From Eledone cirrhosa (lineage: Eukaryota), in assembly GCA_964016885.1 (NCBI GenBank), contig OZ024742.1, positions 311,612,001-311,676,000 on the forward strand: a stretch of DNA of 64,000 bases, read 5' to 3'. A program made the position numbers and the translations under genes. The stretch's first letter is position 1. Every line of letters begins with the position of its first letter. Below are positions 55,269-64,000 of this stretch, one piece after another. Under the pieces are notes generated by a model. That model worked only from the letters and a program-made list of their open reading frames with translations, was not told where the DNA came from and ran no database searches.

Positions 55269-55382
<114 letters not shown>

Positions 55383-55996
55383 ATGAAAACAAGACGTGCT
55401 GCGTGGTTGCAAATGGGTTACATATGGTATTTCATCGCTTTAAAGACCATATACCTCCGGTTGGTGCGAGCAACGGCTAAAGAAAGTCGTTGGGACACGT
55501 AAATAAGGGGAACGAGCGAGACTGTAAACAATCAAAGATGGTAATGCAACGAAAAGTGAGGAAGAAGGAGTCAAGTCCCAGAATTCTATGAATATAAGTT
55601 CTGTGAAATCGTGGACGAGAGAGAATAAGACCATCAAACCTGGTCGAAATGTGAGCAAGGAAAGAATTTCGCACAGGTCAAACGGGAGGAAGAAAGAGTC
55701 TACTCCCTGAATTCGGTGAACACAAGTGTGCGCGAGGAAAGAATTTCGCACAGGTCAAACGGGATGAAGTAGGAGAGGGAGTCGCAGAGAGTGAGTGAGT
55801 GAAGGGTGAGGAAGAGGCTAACAGAGAGAGTGACTGTTAGAGAGGGTAAAGGGAGGTGAAAGATACAGAGAAAGAGGATGCAGTAAGAATGGAAACGACG
55901 GGTCACAGCGGAGGAAAATATATGTGTGAATATGAAAACAAGACGTGCTGCGTGGTTGCAAATGGGTTACATATGAATAAAGTTAGTCCTTCATCA

Positions 55997-56031
<35 letters not shown>

Positions 56032-56093
56032 TGTCCACTAAAAATGTATACACACTTCAGCAGTACAACAGTACTCTAATAACTATGTGTATA

Positions 56094-56748
56094 TGTAGCG
56101 AAATCTGTTCGCGCCTTGAACCTTGGGTGACACCTAAAGGTCAAATTCTAGGTCAACACCCTTTTGGTGTAGACAGGTTGATGTGTTGACTATCCCCTCA
56201 AGGTGGGAGACAGGAAGCGACAGCTATATATAGAGCCTGTACCATCCTACTTTAGCTAGATACATCGGAGAATTACACCTATAAGAAACTATGTAAGGAT
56301 TCACTGCTATCAATAGACCCCAGTGGTCTACAGCCAGAAACATCGGAGTATTACGCTAGCAACTAACTATGTAAGGATTCACTGCTATCAACAGACCCCA
56401 GTGGTCTACAGAAATACCCAGAGCGATTGGAGCCCTATTACTACAGAACACAAATGTGGAAGATTTACCGCTGTCTGCAGGCCACGGTGGTTCACAGTTA
56501 CGACAGACCATAACAGAGGTATACAAACCATCTCTCTCTCTCTTACTAACTACGGTCTCACAACTACTACCACGGACTCCAAATTCCAACTACAACAACA
56601 ATTATCTGTTTGCTCGGTGTTTTCATATCAACAATAATAACAAAATTAACTACTCTTGGTAACTGTTTTATATGTACTTTATAATTGATTCACGTGAAGT
56701 AAACCATATATAACCAAATCATTTATTCTTTATATTCTCGTTATTACA
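56094..56748 (+). mobile_element. Possible solo LTR with a 78-bp-period internal duplication, nested in a mariner-like MITE (~56027-56965)
   Basis: TGTAGCGA...TCGTTATTACA termini, TATA-like CTATATATAG, duplicated AACTATGTAAGGATTCACTGCTATCAA. No clean TSD. Confidence 0.35.
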
Positions 56749-56960
56749 TTTATACTTTTGCCTTTCATCCTTACGGGGTCGATAAAATAAAGTACCAGTA
56801 ATACACTGGGTAAATGCTGGCCTTGAGCCAAAAGTAGAAACAATTATTATAGTTATTTCAAATTTGTTATTATCATTTCTAATAACTACATATAACCATT
56901 CAATATAAATTACTTATATATCCTTCGTTAAATGTATATTTATATATTTTTTGGAACACC

Positions 56961-57025
<65 letters not shown>

Positions 57026-57067
57026 TTCAAAATATTAACAAAAATAGAACTTCATTGTGCTCAAGTA

Positions 57068-57134
57068 TATTTTATTATACATATTTCAGAAGTACTGAGC
57101 TAACTTTAACAGTACGTCCTCATCAGATAAAATA
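57068..57134 (-). ncRNA. Type I hammerhead (solo pLTR remnant)
   Basis: UAUUUUAU-CUGAUGA-GGAC GUACUG..CAGUAC UUCU-GAAA-UA ug UA-UA-AUAAAAUA. 8-bp stem I. Confidence 0.7.
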
Positions 57135-57259
57135 AGATGATGCATGACATACTCTGACATAGTAGATGGTTAAGATCCAGTCATGGTAGTCACTACCATG
57201 ACTGGATCTTAACCATCTACTATGTCAGGGTATGTCATGCATCATCTTATTTTATCTGA
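57123..57259. repeat. Near-perfect palindrome with 68-bp arms
   Basis: Centre C57191; one mismatch seen. The left arm begins inside the hammerhead core. Confidence 0.95.
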
Positions 57260-57264
57260 GTAAG

Positions 57265-57351
<87 letters not shown>

Positions 57352-57708
57352 GTATAGACATATACATCCGACAGGCTCCTCCGTATAGTTTCAGTCTACC
57401 CTATGTTAGTTACTTTAACGTTATTTTGGACCACACATATCTACGTATGGTAGAGGAACACTTGGCCATGGATCCACGCAGTGTAGTACGATCGAGCACG
57501 AATCCAGGTGGTTGCCAGGTTACTTAGCTTAACGACATAAGCAACGTCGACATTCACAGTTGAATATAAAATATTGATTTTCGTTCCAGCAGCAGTAGCA
57601 GCAACAGCAGTAGCAGCAGCAACAACAGCAGGAGAATGTATATCTGTCTCACAAGCTGTACGGTATACTGTGCAGATAGATGACAGAACGGTATATATAT
57701 ACATATAT

Positions 57709-57790
<82 letters not shown>

Positions 57791-58113
57791 ATATGGAAGA
57801 AAAAAAATTATAGGAAATATATATGCACATTATATGTAACAAACTAAAATGGCAATTTACAAATTCTCTTGCGTAAATCACGTGATTCACAGTTCATTCA
57901 GTTAAAAAAATTCCTATGAAATCTGAACAGCATTAGAGACATCAGATATTTAAAATACAACTTACAATATAAATTATATATGATTATATTATTAGGTTTG
58001 TATATATAATATATAATAATATACAGGCACTCTGTGTATATAATATATATATATATATATTTATATATATCAGATATTATATCATGTTATATTATATATA
58101 CATAATACATCAT

Positions 58114-58214
<101 letters not shown>

Positions 58215-58371
58215 CACTGACTCATCCCCCCATATATATATAATGTTGTTTGGTAAACAGACCTGTGCTGAGAGTGCTGCTATACTCCGTCCTCGAATGC
58301 AGGAGCCAATGTCTGATTATTCTGTAGGTCTTTCGGCCCTTTCCCTTCCACTCCCATATATATATATATAT

Positions 58372-58577
58372 ATAGGAACGAGTAGGACCCCGACGGCTGA
58401 GCTTAAGCCGTTTCGACGGCTAATTCTGGACTAAAAATTTAGTCCAGAATTAGCCGTCCAAACGGCTTGAGCTCAGCCGTCGGGGTCCTACTCGTTCCTA
58501 TTACCCACTCTACTACACTAAGTATTGAGTACTTTGGTGCGTTATGGTCCATCTGGTTCCTTACCACATTTCCTTCG

Positions 58578-58580
<3 letters not shown>
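58372..58580 (+). mobile_element. Fold-back mini-element of the U3-A8 hammerhead family (relatives at 34027-34147, 46396-46516, 53612-53760, 63253-63355)
   Basis: Palindrome with ~63-bp arms centred at 58436/58437. It contains the stem III / GUC / stem I half (GGCTTGAGCTCAGCCGTCGGGGTCC) plus a shared ~80-bp tail ending TCCTTCGTTA(TA)n. Confidence 0.8.
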
Positions 58581-58641
<61 letters not shown>

Positions 58642-58790
58642 TACGGGTAAAATCCCGACACACAAGCTGAAACTGTTTGGCGCCGCGGTCATAATTTCAC
58701 CTATCACTATACCCACTCTGCGTCCGACCCTCTACCGATACTGCCAATCCACTGCCTTTTATAGATAATGATATATATATATATAGATAA

Positions 58791-58872
<82 letters not shown>

Positions 58873-58875
58873 TTA

Positions 58876-58926
<51 letters not shown>

Positions 58927-58950
58927 ATATATATATATATATATATGTAA

Positions 58951-58985
<35 letters not shown>

Positions 58986-58994
58986 TATATAAAA

Positions 58995-59182
58995 GGCAGT
59001 GGATTGGCAGTATCGGTAGAGGGTCGGACGCCATGTTTTCCAGTATAGTTACATCCCTTTATGATCTGAGTTCAAATCCCGCCGAGATTGACTTTGCCTT
59101 TCATCCTTACGGGGTCGATAAAATAAAGTACCAGTAATGTACCGGGTAATTGCTGGCCTTGTGCCTAAAGTAGAAACAATTA
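58995..59182 (+). mobile_element. S1 SINE (further copies at 56755-56845 and 62700-62890 minus)
   Basis: Consensus match. Confidence 0.85.
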
Positions 59183-60356
59183 TCCATAAAAGGCAGATTG
59201 TTGTTGTTGTGTGTGTGTGCATGTTCCATGTTTATACATTTGCACAATTTCAAACCGATTCAACTCAATGTCTGTAAGAATGTTGTAAATGGTCTAACTT
59301 AGGTCGACGACTATTTATTTCATTCACACTCACCCACAATTACGGAAATAATCGATAAAACTAAATACATGACGCTTTACCTCTAGTACGATCAGAATCC
59401 TCTCTCTACTCCCCTTAAACTTTGAGAGAGTGAGAGGGAGAGAGAGATAGAACGTTTGTTTTTGAGTGTGGAACGGTCAAACATTTATTTACTTCAATGA
59501 CAAAGAGAACTTATTACATTTCATACGAAACAACAATTATTCAAAAGCAACAGATACATTTATTCAACAACAAAAAAAATAGCGATAAATCTTTTTTAAA
59601 ACATCTATCAACGAACGTGGAGGTCACTAAACCTGCTAGAAACAGCAGCTAACTCTCCCTCATATCACACCACTCCCTACTGTCTTAAATTTAGAAAACA
59701 TATCCTCTATGAGGTCACTAAACCTGCTAGAAACAGCAGCTAACTCTCCCCCATATTCAAAAGCAACGATAAATTTATTCAACAAAAAAAAAAAAATAGC
59801 GATAAATCTTTTTAAAAACATCTATCAACGAACGTGGAAGAAAGAAGTATCAGTTCATTTACTATACACAATAATATCCTCTATGTGGTCACTAAACCTG
59901 CTAGAAACAGCAGCTAACTCTCCCCCATATCACATCACTCCCTACTGTCTTAAATTTAGAAAACATATTCCCTATGAGGTCACTAAACCTGCTAGAAACA
60001 GCAGCTAACTCTCCCCCCATATAACACCCCTCCCTACTGTCTTAAATTTTAGAAAACACACGTTAGACAACCATGCAGAACAACTCCATCGCAGCTCTGT
60101 TGTTCGGCTGGCATATTATACGCGCGTGTTGCGCAAGTACTGTGAAACAATAAATTTCAACACTTCTTTGCACAGAGATAATATCCATAGGCGCAACTAC
60201 AATTGTCACTGCTGGCGCAACTCCTGCTTCGGCAGTTCAGGTCTGCAATTCATTCACCCAGTGCCTGGCAGACAAAAAAGTGCTGCAATAAAATGGGTGG
60301 TGCAACCTAACTTTGGTAACTTACTGACCCCGAACAACGATGGGCTTTAATGCTAG
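59182..60356 (+). mobile_element. Probable non-autonomous Helitron carrying a four-copy ~90-bp tandem repeat (59620-60060)
   Basis: 3' end CCCGAACAACGATGGG..TGCTAG|T. Repeat unit GGTCACTAAACCTGCTAGAAACAGCAGCTAACTCTCCC. Confidence 0.5.
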
Positions 60357-60557
60357 TATATATATAAAACAAAATTTAATGTATCTTCGAATGAAACAGT
60401 TCTAGTCCTGTAGAAGCCATCTCTATATTAAATTTTGTTGTATTTACTCTACTAATGTACTGAATACTTGCTATGGTTACCTCCGATTGATGGCGACACA
60501 CACACACATACACACACACACACACACACGCACACACACACATATATATGTATATAA

Positions 60558-61223
60558 TCTAAACTATAATAAAATAAGAAGCGCGGGACTGCGTACGTTT
60601 TATAATTTGTTATCCCCTTAGTAAAATAAGTTGGATTACTTTGAATAAATAATGAATGAATATTACATAATTTATCTACTAAATTTCGTGGCTGTTCATT
60701 AAATATATTTTATTACTTATTTAAAGATTCACTTCTTTAAAATTTTCAAATGTCAACACTTCCGGTTAGCGATCGTTTAAATAAATATTCATATATTTCC
60801 GTCACTAATTTTCTCCTAATGCAGTTTATATATAATATCGTCTTTTTTTTTAATGTATCATGGATTACGTTACTGATTACATAAGACAGTGTAACACAGT
60901 CTTCGTTCAATTTGTGTGTATATTGTCAATTACGATTGTATTTGATAATATCTACATGCATATATACTTGCGTATAATATCAATATACACACTACACATG
61001 CTAGCAGATACATAATATATATATTTTTTTAAATATATCATGGATTACATTACTGATTACATAAGAGAGTGTAACACGGTCTTCGTTCAATTTCTGTGTA
61101 TATTGTCAATTACGATTTTATTTGATGTATCATATCTACATGCATATGCATTTGCGTATAATATCAATGTACACACTACACATGCTAGCAGAAAAACCAC
61201 CCTTCGGGTGGTTTTTCTGCTAG
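60558..61223 (+). mobile_element. Helitron-like repeat with 180-bp internal tandem duplication and terminal hairpin
   Basis: 5' TCTAAACTATAATAAAA. Duplication 60857-61010 / 61037-61190. Ends CTAGCAGAAAAACCACCC-TTC-GGGTGGTTTTTCTGCTAG|T. Confidence 0.5.
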
Positions 61224-61931
61224 TATATATAATATATATACTATCTATGTTCGGCTGTTTTCCAATGGGTAGATCTGGTGGTTCGTGTTGGTAAATGATG
61301 ATGCAATAAATTAATTAAAGCACTCAACATTATGCAAATCATCCATCGTAGATGCGGTATCCCGTGGTTGGTGCAAGAACTGAGATAAGTATTAATTGAA
61401 CAACAACAGAAGGCCGAACTTTATAAATTTAATTCAGCGAAATACCGTATTTCCCAGCGTCGAAGACGCTACTTTTTTCCTTAAAATATATATATACATA
61501 TATATATATATTCTTAAACTCCGGAGCTGAGAATTCATTTGGTTATTCTAAATAGAATATTAGTATAATGACTCCATTTATACCATAAACGCGGTTTTGT
61601 TTTTTTGTCTTTGCAAGAAATCGTTCTCCTCGCACAACATAATAACGTATTATCCTCTATCCTCGTTTTTCCCCCCGTTCTTTGCCAGGGAACGTCTTCA
61701 CGAACCAAAGTATCGTCTTCCTGTTTTCCTTCGGTTGCAACGTTTTTCGAAATATTTACTTCTGCGTTCACAGATTGATTTTTTTAAGTTTCAGAAGATC
61801 CCGTTAAGGGTGAAAGCAGCGATTCTTTGCTTAAACTTTAATCTGTTATCTTAATAAATATTTGCTTTAGGGTTCTTATATATTTGATATACATATTATC
61901 CTGATCGAGCCCTCTTCACATTTATTATTAT

Positions 61932-62020
<89 letters not shown>

Positions 62021-63024
62021 TAACAGATTAAAGTTTAAGCAAAGAATCGCTGCTTTCACCCTTAACGGGATCTTCTGAAACTAACAAAGTCAATCTGTGA
62101 ACGCAGAAGTGAATATTTATGGTTCTCGTTGATGGCACTGGCAAACCTGACTTCCCTCTATAAGGTTCCACCCGCTGACATTCTGAGTTTTACGATCACC
62201 TCGGTACTAGATTTACTGACCTTTGATTTAACCCGATGCCAATAAAATACACCTCACACCATCTGGGAGACGTTTACTAACATGGAATTGCCTTAGCTCA
62301 ATTAACCTCAAAATAAAATTAGTGTAAAAGATATTTACACTCAGGTCTTTTGTTCACCTCTCCCTTATTTTGAATATACATTACTCTGAATTTAGTTTAG
62401 TTTTGTAACTATTCATAGAGCCATCCATAGTACATTTGGACTTTTTTGTCTATATTTCTGATTGTTTTATACTCAATTTTTGGAATTGACAGATTAGTTG
62501 GTGAGCTATTTTTAGCGTTCCTACGAACCTGTCACCTGACCTCTTGTTGCCAATTTCATCCATGCCATTGCGTATGCATCTTTTTTAAGAAAACACATGT
62601 ATTGGCTTGATGAAAAAAAAAAAATTACTTTATTGTCCGAGACTTTCCTCTGATGAAAAACGTGTCTATCAATGTTGATTGTTTTCATTAACAAAGATAA
62701 TTAATTGTTTCTACTTTAGGCACAAGGCCAGCAATTACCAGTGCATTACTGGTACTTTATTTTATCGACCCCGTAAGGATGAAAGGCAAAGTCAACCTCG
62801 GCGGGATTTGAACTCAGATGGTAAAGGGACGTAACTATGCTGGAAAGCATGGCGTCCGACCCTCTACCGATACTGCCAATCCGCCGCCCTTATTAACAAT
62901 TAACAATTAACAAAGATAATTAATATTGTTCTTGCATTTTGAATCTGCAGTGACGGAAAATCGACGTGAGTGTAAATATCTTTTACTCTAAATTTATTTT
63001 GCTGGCGTTTCACTTGTTCTGAAC

Positions 63025-63062
<38 letters not shown>

Positions 63063-63117
63063 TTCAGTAGGGAAATGTGAAGTGGAGTGAGCTAATACAT
63101 TAAATTGCCCCTCCAGC

Positions 63118-63168
<51 letters not shown>

Positions 63169-63205
63169 AAAGCAGCGATTCTTTGCTTAAACTTTAATCT
63201 GTTCT

Positions 63206-63256
<51 letters not shown>

Positions 63257-63370
63257 AAGTATGACCCCGACGGCAGAGCTCAAGCCGTGTCGACGGCTAT
63301 TTCTGAAATAGCCGTCGAAACGGTTTGAGCTCTGCCGTCGGGGTCATACTTTTTCCTATATATATATATA

Positions 63371-63642
63371 GTGGAGGCACGTGGCCTAGTGGTAAGAGTG
63401 TTGGACTTACGATCATAATGTCGTGGGCTCGATTCCTGGGTTGCGTGTTGTGTTCTTGAGCAAAACACTTCATTTCACGTTGCTCCAATATACTCAGCTG
63501 AAAATGAGTACCTGGAGGTTTAACCCTGCGATGGGCTGGCGTCCTGTCCAGGGGGGAGTCTTGTACTCTCAATCGCTTCACGCCATGAAACCGGGATAAG
63601 CACCGGCCAAATGAGCCTTGTGGCTTAAGACAGACTTTAGAC
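63371..63642 (+). mobile_element. Full-length tRNA-derived SINE family S2
   Basis: A box TGGCCTAGTGG, B-box-like GGCTCGATTCC, central GTGTTGTGTTCTTGAGCAAAACACTT and CCTGCGATGGGCTGGCGTCCTGTCCAGGG blocks. Inserted in (TA)n. Confidence 0.85.
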
Positions 63643-64000
63643 AATATATATATATATATATAAGAACAGATTAAAGTTTAAGCAAAGAATCGCTGCTTTC
63701 ACCCTGAAGGTTTCAGTCGTGAACTTATTTGCATGGGATGTAACACTGTCTTTGTTCAATTTCTGTGTATATTGTCAATTACGATTTTATTTGATGTATA
63801 TCTACATGCATATATTTTTTTATTTTATTAAATAACGTTACAAATGGGAGTGGAAATATAAACACATTTAATATCTATAAAGCATATAAATAAATTTACA
63901 GTAGAATAACATAACAAATATGTTTTAAATATATACATAAATAACATTAAAAATGCTTAGATAACATTATAAATTGCTCGCGATTCTGTCAGAAGGATAT

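Noticed and set aside
59620-60060. Repeat-spacer-like array
   Set aside because: Not CRISPR: the intervening sequences are themselves duplicated, the context is eukaryotic and there are no cas genes.
61185-61223. Rho-independent terminator suggesting bacterial contamination
   Set aside because: Embedded in eukaryotic repeats with no upstream gene; better explained as a Helitron-type terminal hairpin.
62645-62675. CTGATGA-AAAACGTGTC possible hammerhead
   Set aside because: Stem II is absent and stem I is unpaired; at most a deletion remnant.
63371-63445. Functional tRNA gene
   Set aside because: No complete cloverleaf, and the sequence continues into a SINE body and tail.

Overview
AT-rich, microsatellite-dense eukaryotic DNA made almost entirely of repeats. 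I found no host protein-coding gene, rRNA, bona fide tRNA or CRISPR array. The dominant tRNA-derived SINE resembles octopod cephalopod SINEs, so an octopus-like host is inferred but not proven. Mobile elements present: at least seven Penelope-like element (PLE) insertions or fragments (RT plus C-terminal GIY-YIG), RTE-, CRE- and Tx1-type LINE fragments, an internally deleted Chapaev3-like DNA transposon with TAA target duplication, several non-autonomous Helitrons, MITEs and about 18 SINE copies. The most notable signal is non-coding. By eye I could fold about 15 type I hammerhead ribozyme (HHR) motifs from roughly 11 repeat families. They include (i) a 482-nt ORF-less unit bracketed by two intact tandem hammerheads, i.e. 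a candidate retrozyme / circular-RNA-producing mini-retroelement (42046-42814); (ii) a hammerhead with a compensatory U3-A8 core (UUGAUAA, 28519-28614) whose relatives survive as short fold-back hairpins broken inside the ribozyme; and (iii) a very young 7.7-kb PLE with three HHR-bearing pLTRs and a 2.7-kb near-perfect inverted duplication. All structures and family assignments were made manually and need computational confirmation. Boundaries are approximate.
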